The notes under the pieces are model-generated. The model was not told where the DNA came from and searched no databases. It was given only the letters and a program-made list of their open reading frames with translations. A stretch of DNA of 64,000 nt. It comes from Curvularia clavata. Its lineage: Eukaryota. Location of the stretch: contig CP089280.1 in assembly GCA_023920165.1 (NCBI GenBank), forward strand, positions 1,240,001 to 1,304,000, given 5' to 3'. Positions 50,692 through 63,524 of this stretch are shown piece after piece (within the stretch, counting starts at the first letter, position 1; each line of letters starts with the position of its first letter). A program made the position numbers and the translations under genes.

Positions 50692-51309
50692 TGAGGGGAG
50701 GAGAAGGAGAGCGGCGGAGGACGAAGTTGAAGATGGAGAGGAAGATAAGGGTGGCATATCTGATGATAAATACAACTAATGTCAGCAGCGGGGTACGAAA
50801 AACAAAGCTTTCGGCCTCACTTTACTGTTGAAGAACGGGTTTACCGGATGTAAGAAAACGAATCTGGAGAGGTGAATATACGCTAAGTGGGTCCAGAACT
50901 AGCGGCTTTGGGGAAATGGGATAATATGGGGGAAGCACTTGTTCTAGATTCTTGAGGGAGGACAGGTTAATGTCCCTTAGAGCTTAGGTCATGCAGCGTG
51001 TGTAAATGTGTTTTTTTCTCGGTTACTTGAAGATAAGCATAATAATGTAGATTCGTGCAAATCAAATAACATCATGTACAAAGCCAGACTTGTGCGTCCT
51101 TTCACGCTTCCAATGCGACTATGACGTAAAATGCGAGATAAAGAATATTCATAAAGTATACTCTAAGGAAGCTGGAAGTTTAAGAGAAATGTAAACAACA
51201 CAGCTTTTTTGTAAGGCCCACAATATTTCCCTCGCCTAAACTCCATGGAATGCCTACTAACAACAGGGTTATAGCAGAAAAAGCAAATGACAATGCGACA
51301 GACAACCAC

Positions 51310-53199
51310 TCAATCTAACTTGAGAGCCTCAACCGCTTCAAATTGAAGCCTTCTAAACAAACCTCTAATAGTCCTGCACTTGCTGTCGCGGTCATCATCT
51401 CTGACCCGCATCTCCGTGCGGACCGGACCCAGCATATTCGTACCGTCTCCCCGATGACCACCTTCCTTGATATTGGTAAAAAACATGCGTCTACCCGTCT
51501 CATCCAGGGGTTCCCACTTTGCGATTTTGGTGTCCGTGCGGGGAATGGTCTGAGGTTCGCGATTGGGGTCGAGGAACTTGATGAAGGAGATAAAATAATC
51601 TGAAATCTCGTTTTGGCGGCGCACCATGACCTGACCAACGGAGCCAGCGTGTTTGGTACCAAAGCCGTTTTCAATGTCGACGCCCCACATGACATCCCAT
51701 TGATATTGGTAGGTGGGCACGTCTGGGGGGTTGTAGCGCGACATAGCGTTTGAGGCAAGGTAAGTAGGACAGATGTAGCGGATATCACCTTGGGCTTTGG
51801 AAACTGCATCCCACCATTTGCCGCTGTCAGGCCAGTGGCGGTCATTGGGATAGGCGTTCTTTAGCGTCTCGAGGTCCTCGTCGGTGAGCAGGGGGTAATG
51901 GTCCTTGAGGTAGGATTTGAATTCGCCTTCGTTGTCGGTCGCCTTCTTGACCTGATCAGTGCCTTCGTTGGAGGTGAAGCCGATGATAGTTGGAACTTTA
52001 ACATATTTATTCGACAGGATGGCGGCAGGAGCTGGTTGTGTAAACATGCCACCTGCGGGCTCTGTGGTTGGAGCCCACATCCAGCGGGGTGGGGTATTCC
52101 GGCCCGGAAAGGACATTGGGTAGTTCTCGTAGTATAGGTCGCCTGTCTCGGCATTGCGGACGCAAGCAATATCCGTGCAGTTCAATCCATCCGCAACTTC
52201 GTTCCAAAACTTCTCAGCTTGCTCGGGGGTGAAGAAGGTCGGGCTTGCGGGAGACTGGGCGATGGCTCCGTGGAAGAGTTGCTTGCGGCCGGTACCGGGG
52301 ACATTGTAGTGATTATCGCCCTCGTTCGCAGTCATCTGGAGCATGACTGACGCACCGCCCGCGCTGGTTCCCATGATGACAACGTGGTCAGGGTTGCCAC
52401 CAAAGTAGCGAATGTACTTTTGTACCCATTCCAATGTCGCTCTCTGGTCACGCAGCGCATTGTTGTAGTCACCGTCCTTCGCAATTTCTTTACCAGAAAG
52501 AAAGCCGTATATGCCATTACGGTAGTACATGGTGACCACAATAATGCCCTTATCCAGCTTGCCATCTACGCCCTTTTCGCGTCGAGCTTTCTCTACCATT
52601 TCACCTCCATTGCTGCGTCCAGGAAGATGGAAACCGCCGCCGGGAATGTTGACCAGGACAGGGAGATCATCGCCTGCTTCAGCATCAATTGGTGTGAAGA
52701 CGTTGAGACTCAAGCAGTCTTCTGTGGATCGTGCCTTGATACCCAGAACGTCTGGACCCGAAATATCCTTTCTGTTTCTCTCGGCTGGGTTGATCTTCTG
52801 TATCCTTGGGCACATTCCCAGTGAGCCATCCCAGACCAGGGGCTCCTCTCCCCGGCCAATTCCATACGTTCGGTTCACAGGCTGAGGTCCGCGAAACCGG
52901 TTCTTGCCTCCAGCATCTGCGGCATAAGGGATGTTCCAGTAGGACCGGACCTTGTCTGTGACATTGGGTTTGATAGCCAGATAGTCTAGCTCTACGATGT
53001 ATGGGTCTTGGGTGTTCTTCGGCGGTGCGGTGAACAGAGGGGCAGGCTTCGACTTCAACGGTGGTATCCACTCGGTGTTAGGTCGCAGATCGGGCGAGTA
53101 GAGGAAGGCGAAGGTAAAGGCGAGGATAACGGCAGCGGCGAGACCAAGAATGATGCGCCGGTCAAAGATGAGGCTCGAGTTGAGGGGACGTATTGCCAT
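51310..53199 (-). CDS. Type B carboxylesterase with N-terminal membrane anchor
   Basis: IPYA..RF..P, EDCLSLNVFTP, PGGGF, DQRATLEWVQKYI.YFGGNP, GTSAGG, NEG and KH triad candidates. Confidence 0.93.
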   Translation of the reverse strand: MAIRPLNSSLIFDRRIILGLAAAVILAFTFAFLYSPDLRPNTEWIPPLKSKPAPLFTAPPKNTQDPYIVELDYLAIKPNVTDKVRSYWNIPYAADAGGKNRFRGPQPVNRTYGIGRGEEPLVWDGSLGMCPRIQKINPAERNRKDISGPDVLGIKARSTEDCLSLNVFTPIDAEAGDDLPVLVNIPGGGFHLPGRSNGGEMVEKARREKGVDGKLDKGIIVVTMYYRNGIYGFLSGKEIAKDGDYNNALRDQRATLEWVQKYIRYFGGNPDHVVIMGTSAGGASVMLQMTANEGDNHYNVPGTGRKQLFHGAIAQSPASPTFFTPEQAEKFWNEVADGLNCTDIACVRNAETGDLYYENYPMSFPGRNTPPRWMWAPTTEPAGGMFTQPAPAAILSNKYVKVPTIIGFTSNEGTDQVKKATDNEGEFKSYLKDHYPLLTDEDLETLKNAYPNDRHWPDSGKWWDAVSKAQGDIRYICPTYLASNAMSRYNPPDVPTYQYQWDVMWGVDIENGFGTKHAGSVGQVMVRRQNEISDYFISFIKFLDPNREPQTIPRTDTKIAKWEPLDETGRRMFFTNIKEGGHRGDGTNMLGPVRTEMRVRDDDRDSKCRTIRGLFRRLQFEAVEALKLD

Positions 53200-54411
53200 G
53201 GTAGGCCAGCGTTGGGGTAAGTTACAAAAGAGTGTGATAAATGGTGCTGTGAGGCAGCAAAAGATTAGGGAAGAGCTGGCAAAGGCAGCATCTGCATCCC
53301 TCGCAGCAGGTTCAGGGATGGGAAGGAGGTGCCAGTCGGGGGAACAACAATCGAAATTCCTCGATATTGTAGCGGTTCGCCCAACATTCTTGCTTCTGCA
53401 TTCCCGGACCTTGGCCAGCCAGCATGACGGAGCAGGCTAAGGGGGCGGCAATCGGCACCATGCGCTTGGCGCTGACGCGTATCGCTTTTCGGGAAAGCCT
53501 ATGACGATCAACCGCCAGCCAGGACACGACGCACAATACAATATCTTGCGCAATCAGGGCGAAATGGCAGGGATCCTTGAGAGGCCGCTTTTGTTATGGT
53601 AGTAAGTAGGAGTACTCTTCGCCCACATGCTGCCCTTCGCACACGATATCCATGCCAACTCAGTTTCGGCTTCTTCAACCTGAGGCAGAATCCCTACCAA
53701 CGACTTTAGCGGGAGCATTTTCCACGGTTCTTGGTGTTAGTTAGTGTATTGGTTTCCTCGCAAAGAGCAGCGTCTATAGTAACGTGCGGGATTAGTTAGC
53801 TGCACATATTAGTAAGCTATTTACTCTATCTGCGAACAGACAAACAAATAACTAAATCAAACACCGCCTGTGGCTGACTTCTGTCTTCTTCCCTTTATCA
53901 GCATAGTATGGCCACCAGCGCAAGGTCAGTACCGGTGCGGGTCGGCCGCCCTCCTGACTAGCTGTGGCAACTACAAGTACTATTCCATATGGTTATTGTC
54001 ATAATACAGTCCTAGGATAGTCAAACAAAAGAACAATGTTTATTATGAGAAGGGAAACTAGGGAGAACGCGAGATCATCAAATACAGGACGGCGACCTAC
54101 GCCAAGACAAGTGACTATGACCCCATCGAACCAGCTTGTTCCTGTAACAGCTGTCGAAAATTGACAGGCTTTGTATTCACGTTGATCCACAACCCCCTCC
54201 ATAAGAGTAATAAATACAATAGTAAGTTATCACTATATAAACGCTCAAAAGCCTCGGGTTCCGTCAATCTAAATCTTGCATATCCATAATTGTCCAGCTC
54301 CAACGCAGATGCTAATTGTCTTTCCTAACACTACTGAGCCTGACGGCCAGTAATCTGAAGTCAGCCACACTAGTTTCTCCGAATCATATGTATCCAATCC
54401 ACCCACTACCT

Positions 54412-56327
54412 TCACCCAGTACCCTGCGACCGATAAGTCCGAAACTGTGTACCGGGGGCATGATAACTCCTATACGGTCTCCGCGGACGCTGTCCTACTT
54501 CCGTAGGATGTTCTGAAGACTGTTCTTGTGGGGCCCCACTACTAGCTGGTTGATCGTATGAAGAGTTTTGCGACGGAATCGCGGCTTGGTGCAGAGGAGA
54601 GTAAACTGGAGGCAGAGCTGCTTGGCTTGTAAAGGTCCTTGGAGGTTGCGTAAAAGGCGGAGGCGGAGGCGGGGGTATCGTGCTCGCTAGGAGAGTGGAG
54701 GTTCTTAAATACTGAGGGATATTGAGACGTGGTTGGGAAGAGATGTTTAAAGGAGGCGGTAAGGGAGCTGGGAAGTTTCCTAGTGGTGGTGGTACATAAG
54801 AATGAGGCCTTGGAGGGGCTTGGAAGCTCCCTAGTGGTGGTATATAACCGTGAGGCGGTGGGTTTGTGGATCTGGAAACGGCAGGGTGGTAGTGACTAAA
54901 TGCGAACACTCTTGTTGGTGAATTTGGTAGCTTCCGCTGTCGCTTATGAATTATCTGCACTCGTCGAAAATGATGTACGGGATCTTCGTCGTCGCTATCA
55001 TCACTCATGTCTTCCTCATACGACCGTCGGGCTCGTTTTACCCGTCGATTCATACCATCGCTGCGACACTGCTTTCCTCGTCTGGGCGAAGGGGTATCTG
55101 GATTTTCATCGACCTCTGAGATCCGTTGATACCATATCCTACAGTCAGGATTCAAGCTGTCATTTTGTTAGGCGAAGAAGAACCAGTCGAATTCGCCAAG
55201 CAAACTTACCACTGGACTTCATTTTGAGATTCATTAGTCGGGGCCTCATTCTCGGTTTGACATCCTGGGCATGACGACATTGATGTCTGCGGTGTCTGAA
55301 ATATCATGCTCATGACGACCTTCCTCCCAGGAAGAAAGACAGACTCCCAAGGTGCTTGTAAATTCAGCTTCCTTCTGCTACCATGCTCTTGTATGAGGTA
55401 TTCATTTCGTTTGATTTTCTTCAAACCTGGAACATGGCGGAATCTGACCTCCATAACAGCTTGAAATGCCTCCAACGAGTTAATGAATTCGATATGAAAT
55501 GGCGCGACACGACCATGAGCATCCTCAAAAAAGATAGGCTGCTGGCGGTCGATCTGCGGAGGGATTTGGGTCGGAACCGCCTTCTGCATGTCCAAGACGA
55601 TTTCGTAGATCTTTATGTTTGTCGAAAGGACCTTAAGCATGATGGATTGAAGATCCTGAGTCTCTTGTTGAGTAGCGCAAGTTGCAATAGTCCGCGAAAT
55701 TGTTAGGATAAGGTCAGCTTGAGTGTTCAGGAGTTCATTATTCCGTTTGACTAAAGATCGTGTTTCGTTGCCTTCCTGATGACGCTGCTTGGCGGCGTCA
55801 TATTGTGCTTGTGCCGTTTCGGCTTGCAGTGTTGTGGACGCCCTGTGTGTATGAGTAAGTTGGGTCTGGCCTCCCTTTGCAGTTCTTGTTACTCACAATT
55901 GAATGGTTGCTAGTAACGTGTTGATGGTCAAGACATGCCCCGCAATTTCCGCCCTAAACTTGCACACGGCGTCTTGTTTGCAGACTGCCCATTGGAATTT
56001 GTGGAGATTTGCACGCCACCTCGAGGCTGTCGATTGCACACTGAGAGTGGCCTGGAATTTGTTATTCTCCCGTAGAAACGTCTCAATACAGTCTTGGCAT
56101 TGCGATGCAGCCTGCTCTAGAGCAACCTTCTGACAGGCCTGAGATGTGTGGACCCGCAAATTATTGACCTCATTTAAGGCTCGCTCAAGGCTGCGAAGTT
56201 CTGCAATGAGCCGCCGATAAACAGGCCCTGCACCAGCAGCCTCGTCAAGAGAGTCGATCAGGTCTTTGACAAGTTTAATGCCGGCGACGAAGTCGCCAAC
56301 AGAAAATCCAAATGCGGGCGCTGGCAT
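54412..56327 (-). CDS. Fungal STAND N-terminal (HeLo-like/SesA-like) domain + ubiquitin-like domain + Cys ribbon + Pro-rich tail
   Basis: Three exons (introns 55896-55843 and 55209-55157) join in frame. GFSVGDFVAG..L...Y..L..EL.SL; IFFEDAHGRVAPFHIEFINS...WESVFLPGRKVVMSMIF; CPGC...CLNPDC. Confidence 0.8.
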
Positions 56328-57198
56328 TTTGTGAAAAGTAGAGGGCTTGCTGGTTGCGTACGATATGAAATGGGAGGAGGCTGAGCTTCGTGGTTGGAGT
56401 TATGAAGGAAGCACGAACCTCTTACGCGTATCCTAGAGCCCTGTCAACCAACGACGTCCCGAGAAATGCGTACTGGCTGCTGGAGATCTCTGGAGATATA
56501 CTAAAATTATCTTAGCAACTCTGGTTATACCGCCTTTGATTGCGAATTTACAAATGCAACGAGGCCTGCAGCAGATAGAAGGTACATCATCAGCGGCCAA
56601 CGCATAAGAGGCTTACTCCATGCGTGCAGGAACTACTTTTGTCCGTTCTGTGGCGCAGTATGCTTGCAGTCACCAAATGAGCATGAGCTGCGCCTCAAGA
56701 TGGTACTGAGCAACTTCAAAACGAAGCGAAAAGTCCAGCGAGTACTATATGTGGCGTTGTCTCCGCCAATTGAATCCAATAGTGTTCCCGATGCGGTAAC
56801 TACAGTTCCACACGAGAAATTTCCTCTTTTGGAAAGCGTTCGCGCAGTTGAGCTACCGGCCCTCTTGGCAGTGGTAAAACCTACCTGTCTTGCAGAAACA
56901 GAAGCATCTGTACCTGAAAGCTGTAGGACCCGCATATTCAGTGGTGGACAATCCTACGTACCAGTTACGGAACTTCATGTCTTCCCTAAATATGCTAAAT
57001 CTTTGACATTGGCCCACGATGGAGTCTCAATATAGTAGGTGTAAACGCAACTATGCATCTCTGTGGAGAACGACGCTGTCATCGTCGCCCATATATATGT
57101 AGGAGCTGCCACTGCGCTTTGGCACTCTCCTTAGCACTTCTCAACTTTTGGCAATACACATCATCAACTATACTAAATTACTCTTCAAAAGACTTCAA

Positions 57199-58184
57199 AT
57201 GTCTCCTTCAGCCCTTGAAACCGTCACAAGCGCATTGACACCCAGTGCTACTCAAACATCGGCTGCACAAGTACCTGCAATGTTTTCACTTGTCGGTAAG
57301 ACAATAGCTATCACTGGCGGTGGCAGAGGACTTGGTATCACATTGGCGCACGCCGTCGTCGAAGTTGGCGGCCATGTCGCTTGTCTAGATATACTCCCAG
57401 AACCAAGCAATACAGAATGGCAGGCCCTCTTGAAACTCGCCAAGCAAGTTGGAACCACAGCTACGTACCGGAAATGCGACGTCACGAGCGAGGCAGAAGT
57501 CACTCAGACCCTTGAAGAGATATCAAAAGAAGGTGACAGCCTAGGTGCGCCACTACATGGAATGATTGCATGCGCCGGCATACAACAAAGGGTCCCCGCC
57601 CTCGACTACGAAGCATCTGATTTCGAGCGCATGCTGAGAGTCAATGTCGTGGGTGCATTCATATCGGTCAAAAGGACTGCACGGATCCTAAAAGAGAAGG
57701 GCACGGGTGGATCAATCGTGCTCATCGCTAGCATGTCGGGTCAAATTGCGAATCGGGTATGTGCGAGACAGCCTTCAGTTCAAATCCAACGATTTCTGAC
57801 AAGCTCACTTAGGGTCTGACCTGCACCGCATACAATTCCAGCAAGTCAGCTGTTCACCAAATGTGTCGGTCTCTCGCACAAGAGTGGGGCCAGTATGGTA
57901 TTCGGGTCAACACCCTTTCTCCAGGCGTATGCAATCGCCCCATCCCTATTTCTGGGAAGTTTTGCTAATCTATTCATCATTAGTATATCCGAACCGCTAT
58001 GACAGATGAATTACTCGAAGCCGACCCAGAAGTAGAGAAGACATGGATGGCTGGTGCACTCCTTGGGAAATTAGGAGTGCCAGATGACTTCAAAGCTCCT
58101 GCAGTGTTCTTGTTGTCAGAAGGTAGTCGCTTCATGACAGGTGCAGACTTGAGGGTAGATGGAGGCCATTGTGCGTCGGCATAA
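57199..58184 (+). CDS. Short-chain dehydrogenase/reductase (arabinitol dehydrogenase/sorbose reductase-like)
   Basis: TGGGRGLG, IASMSG, YNSSK, IRVNTLSPGYI, DGGH; introns 57757-57812 and 57927-57983. Confidence 0.93.
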
Positions 58185-58430
58185 ATCATCACTCGAGTAT
58201 CTTTTTTCCTGTATAGTCTCAACCTTACAACGTTCTTGTTCGCTTACAATTTATGTCATGATTAAGTGGAGCCATGGTACTCTGTTACGGAACGGAAGCA
58301 TTTCATAGTCCACTGCACCCTGGTTAATTTACATCCCACATCACAATACACCAAATCACTGGTCCACTTCTCCATTCTCTCCCGTTCTCCCTCAATATCC
58401 TCACTTCTCGAGAAGAACAATCCGACAACC

Positions 58431-58979
58431 ATGACCACACTCACTTTCGCCCTCACCACAAACATGCGGAACCCCCGTACAAACACCAACGCAACCCGCG
58501 CCACTATGAGCGAGTCGCTTCCTCCATATTCAACTACCAAAATCTCGCCCGTTTACTTCTAAGACAACCACTGTACTACGAACGTCGCTCTAGCAGTACA
58601 CCAGCATCCACCCTCTACCAATTGACCCAGCACCACCACTGCCGCTTCTTTTGATCCCACTTCAACTGCCACTGCTCCCGTAAGCAACACTGCTCCTGCT
58701 ACTAGCAGCCCCAGCAATGCCCACATCAGCGCCACCTTCCGACGCAGCGCCACCCCCCGGGCGCTAGAAAAGTCGATACAGAAAGGACGAGAAGAAGAAA
58801 CAAAGCTGTGACGCAAGGACATGTGGAAGTTGGTTTTTATATATATTTTCTCTGCAATGCTGGTGCTTGTGGTGCTGGCGATGATGGCGCTTCCGTTGAC
58901 TATGTTGTCAGAGTATTCAGAGGAGAAGGGTGGAAAGACGAGGTGGGTCAGGAGGAGGATTGAGGGGGAAAAAATATAG
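58431..58979 (+). pseudogene. Probable decayed gene for a PY-motif, S/T-rich, single C-terminal-TM protein
   Basis: One frame with stops at 58560, 58623 and 58809: LPPY motif, T/A/P/S-rich stretch, then LVFIYIFSAMLVLVVLAMMALPL. Confidence 0.5.
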
Positions 58980-59258
58980 AGAACTTGGTGGTTTGGACAA
59001 GTAGATTGCATGGGTATACGATTGATTAATTTTTAAGATTGAGGCCGAAAGTTTTGATGATGATGCTTTATGATATCGCCCGAGTAGTGACATTGACAAA
59101 GCCTGAGTACTTGGTTTTCACAAAGCGCCTGTAATACAGATGAAGACAACATCAACGAGTAAAATATAACCATGTATATTTATTAAGCGAGAACTGAGTC
59201 TGAAGGGGTATATATCCGTCAAGAAGAAACAAACTCGAAATCCCACTTATGAACAGCT

Positions 59259-61597
59259 TCAAGGAAACAGGTCTTGGGCCGCAGCAGCAGTGGCCTGAGC
59301 CTGAGCTTTGGCTGCCTCGTTTGCAGCCGCCATGGCAGCAGAGAGGTCATTGTCTACTTTTTGTTGCGAAGAGCTTCCAGGACGCGCTTCGCCGGCTCCT
59401 TCGCGCTCTCCCACCGCAGCCGCGGCTAGATGTTGGAGACCTGCCATGTTGGGCTCCAGTGGAGGACTGGCTTGCTCAGGACCGTTGAACGGAGGAGTAG
59501 AGGCTTTCTTTTGATGTAGCAGGTCTCGGATGGCCGTTTCCCAGCCAAGTCCATCAGAACTACGATGAATAATTTGACCGTTGGCTAGAGCATCGCTCAT
59601 CTCCTTAATGCTCGATTGCGCATCTACTTGTGTCTCAACTCGGTCGGATAGCTCGGTGAGTGAAGTTGCCACTAACGCGGCGAAGATGTGATGCAGCGGA
59701 GTTATGGCGCCACTCTTCAGGTGATTGAGAAGCTCTTGAGTAGCATGAAGAACCTCAATCGAAGGTATGTTCTGCAAAGAAAGCCTAGCTATGAACACTC
59801 GTAGATACTGATGCGCTAGATGAGGAGGCGAATTTCGGGTCAGGCTGGTCAGGTCAATTGACTGCTTGATCTCGTCGAGCAACCCATTAAGATACTCTGA
59901 TTCAGCAGTTCCGGGCTTGAGCGCAGAAAAGGCAAACGGCGCCGAAGGATCGACATTTGGAATACTGCCTGCTCGGTTTACATACGCTATTCGACCAACG
60001 ATTTGAGCAGCACCTATTGAGTTTTAGTCATGTTCGATCAGAAAAGAATGGGCTAGTACTTACGAGCAAGGAAATAACCGACTTCGCCAAGCGCCGTATG
60101 GTCATCCTTTGAAAGAGTTCCACTATATCGCCGGATCATCATATCCTTTGACCGGCTAGAGGCGTGAAATCGGTCGAGTATCAAAGCAGTCCAGTAAACA
60201 CGACGGGCTGTGTAGTACAACTCGACGTCTTGCTCCTTCATCGTTGTCAGGGTTCGCGAGTCATTGATACCCGCGTCAGCGATAGAAGCTGAGATTCTAG
60301 CCAGCAATCCTGTTGTGCTACCCACGACAGCAGGGCCAGGCCTGTCAGATGCTGCGGCAAGCAGAATCATAGACTGGCAGTAAACCAGATGATTATAGAA
60401 CTGCCGTGAACTGTCCGAATCATGCAAACAATAGCTGGCTGCATCAACTGAAGTAAAGCATTGTTGCAGCAACTGGTTCAAGGTCACTTCGAGAGGTGGC
60501 AGGGCCTTTGAAGCGAGCGAGCGGATACAGACCTCCAACGTCATGAAGAAAGTCTCCCGTAGTTTCGAAGGGCAATTGGTAAGCCGATTTAGTTGCGACT
60601 CATGGTGGGGCAGGACTGGCAGCGTTGGGTGTATGATGTTATAGTACGCCTTGAGGGTTTCTTCGTTGGAGCCTGTGATAAGACTACCGCCCAAGTTCAT
60701 ATCACCAAACGAGGTGCGCCGATTGCCATTCAGTGATGATTCTTGATCGCCTAAACCGGACATACCATGCGCATCATTACTTCGATCCGGAACAGTCCAG
60801 TTGGGTCGACTAAATGCCTCGTGAAAACCTTCGGTCATGGAATGGGTGCGTTGGCGCTTGAACTGAGGCGGGCTCTGCGTGTCCTGGAACGTCTGGTCTC
60901 CCATGGATCCAAAATCGAACGTGTGCGTTGGGTTCGGAGGATGATGGATTTGGCTTTCGAGCGAGTTGAGTCTGTCCGCTAGTTCTTTGATGTAGCTGAA
61001 GACTATCAGCATGCGCAACAACAAGCAGAGCTACCACAAACAACCTACCCTTTGCTAGGGCCACGCTTCATCGGTTGGCGGCTAAACTGACATCGTGCAC
61101 CCGTCCTCTTGCAGCTAGAGCAGGCTTCTGGTCCGTTTTCACTGGTGGCATCGCATCGAATCTACAGGGAGTAAGCACCAATCACGCATGGGGACGCGAG
61201 GGCTGCGCACCTTCTTTCGACGGCATTCATCGCATGCGCGTGACACCTTGGATCGCTTGCGGCTCGGGTCGTTGGGGTCATAGTGGTCGTGATGTCCCTC
61301 CAAACTCATGACATGTTGGGCCATCTGCTGGGGCGAGTGGGTTGGACGTGCTGGGCCTTGGAAATGCGGATGCCCGCCCATTGTCGGGCCCATATGCGCC
61401 ATCTGTTGGTACTGGGGTTGCTGTGGACCAGGCGGGTGCATTATATCTCCTCCCTCGCGCAGCTGTTGCAGGTTTTCTTGCAGGCGCAGCTCCGGATCAG
61501 TCAACTGGTGTTGCGGGGCTGGTGGTGTGCCATTCTGATTCGCGTATTGACCTGGTCCTCCGCCCATTTGCGCGTCGGGATCCGCGTAACCGGCCAT
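59259..61597 (-). CDS. Zn(II)2Cys6 transcription factor, Rgt1-like
   Basis: Introns 61210-61162, 61048-60996, 60063-60014. SRACDECRRKKIRCDA...CSSCKRTGARCQFSRQPMKRGPSKGYIKEL, YYNIIHPTLPVL, ARRVYW..ILDRFHA. Confidence 0.92.
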
Positions 61598-62398
61598 GGT
61601 GGAGCGCGTCGTATCGAGGAGCGCAGGTGGATGGTGTCGTATGTGTGGTTTGTGACTGTGGACCGAGGCGGCGATTGGGATGGGTTACGCGATCGCGCGC
61701 AAAGTGGGCTGGTGTTGTTGTTGTAAGGCAAGAGGAACGGACAGTGCACAAGAGACCGAGGGAAGTTGTGCGGGCTTTGCGATTTTTGCGCTAGCGTGAA
61801 CCATGGCATGGGAGGAGAGGTCCTCGCTGGGAGAGAGGGAAGACGGCAACAACATAATGGTGGTGTGAGTATACAAAGACATTGGCACGTCTTTCATCTG
61901 CAGTGTTGCTCGGGAGCTACTGACTGGTTGGTGACGGTGAGGTCGCTGTTCGGATTATCTCTTCCACCGTCCGGGACGGCCAGTCGAAGCACCATGCTCA
62001 GCCATGCCCAAGGAGAGCAAACACTTCAACTCGCGGCCTTGCTGCCCGTGGCTACCAATGCTGCACACATTGCTACTGCGACAAAAACGATTTTCGTCCT
62101 CACATCCGCAGTTACTTGGCTCTAGCAATCTATATTTACGATATTCACATACACTGTCTTCTGTGCAAACACTCCAACACGGAACGAGCTTGGCGCACTA
62201 CCAATGCAAAATACAAATTTGACCTGCCTCCGAGAGCCGAATGCAACGTACATACTACTAATTGAGGCCTGCGTGAAGACGGATCTTTCCTGGTGACCGT
62301 GCAGAAAAATGATAATCACCGACGGCGTCTAGAGCGGTCAGGGCTGGAGCCAGCGAGACCTTCCTAGTTGCGCAAACTAGCAGTACGGTCCCGACAAC

Positions 62399-62430
62399 GA
62401 GCATGAGAGCATGAGAGCATGAGAGCCATG
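62399..62430. repeat. Tandem 8-bp repeat (GAGCATGA)x3 plus a degenerate fourth copy
   Basis: Read directly. Confidence 0.8.
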
Positions 62431-63524
62431 TGTTCCGGCGGTTGGACATTCCGTTTGGACATGTTGGCCACTGCTCCATCTCTGCAAAGTACGAACCATG
62501 GAAGCTTCCGGATGTGATGAGAGCGAACACGGCCTGTCAGATGTCTGCCCAGCACATAGATATGCTCCAGGGGAGGGGGAGGGCCATGGTCGACACTGGA
62601 TCCAAGGGCACAACGGCCACCAAGGTCGACCCAGGCGGGTCTGCAGCAACGCTGACAAGCCTGAGTAGCGTTCGTACATACACAAGAGCAATCTAGCAGG
62701 GTCCCACACAAAGGGAGTGTTTCGTGAAGAGTGCTTGCCCAGGACATGGCCAGATGCACAACAGTGTACCGGAAGATGGGCCTGTCTGGCTCACTCACGT
62801 GCGTGCCGCCGGCTGATTGTATCACAATTTCCCGAAAGGCAATTTACCGTGGTCGCCTCACGACCGGCCGGGCTCTGGAATGGCAATGTACATACTATGT
62901 ACATACTATGGACCTACGAGGAGGCACATGCTGGGGCTGTCCCTGAGGAGGAGCAGACGGCAGGATACGGTGGCTGCAGCCAATGAGAATGATGTGCGCT
63001 GGGCAACGGGCGCTGGACGCATTGCGTTACGGCGGCCGCGGCAAGACAAACAAGCTGACTCGACAAGCGAGAGGCATCCGCAATGAAACAGGCGGTGCGT
63101 GGAGTCCCGCACAAGTCGAGTCGAGCAGGCAGGCGGGTTGACGGGGGGCCAGGACCAGCAGACGAGGACGCGTCGTCGCCGTCGGACGGTCAAGGTCAGG
63201 GAGGGAGGGGATGGCTCCGGTGGTGCTGGCGGCGTGGGAGCGGCTAAGGGCCAAGCTGCAGGTCATGATGCCTAAGAGGGCAACGGGCGCTGGCGACGAC
63301 AGGATTGTGCGGTGAAAAGGCGGTGCTGGCCTTGCTGGCGGTGCTGGCGAGCGGGTGTGCATGTGCAGCAGACGTGGGATGCTGGCGCTAGGCCCAAACG
63401 GGCGACGACTGTGGCCGCCCGCCATGGCTGATCGCGCCTGCAGATTCGAGCTGCGAGGGCCTGAGCGCACTTGCCGATGACGCTAAGCTCCACAGCCAAT
63501 TACACGCTCCACACACCCGTGTGC

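Noticed and set aside
50692..50779. Acidic coding-like frame just after the repeat protein's stop
   Set aside because: Would need a frameshift; purine-rich 3' UTR composition explains it equally well.
54115..54303. 62-aa minus ORF as an extra exon of the ubiquitin-like fusion gene
   Set aside because: No convincing splice path or recognisable motif.
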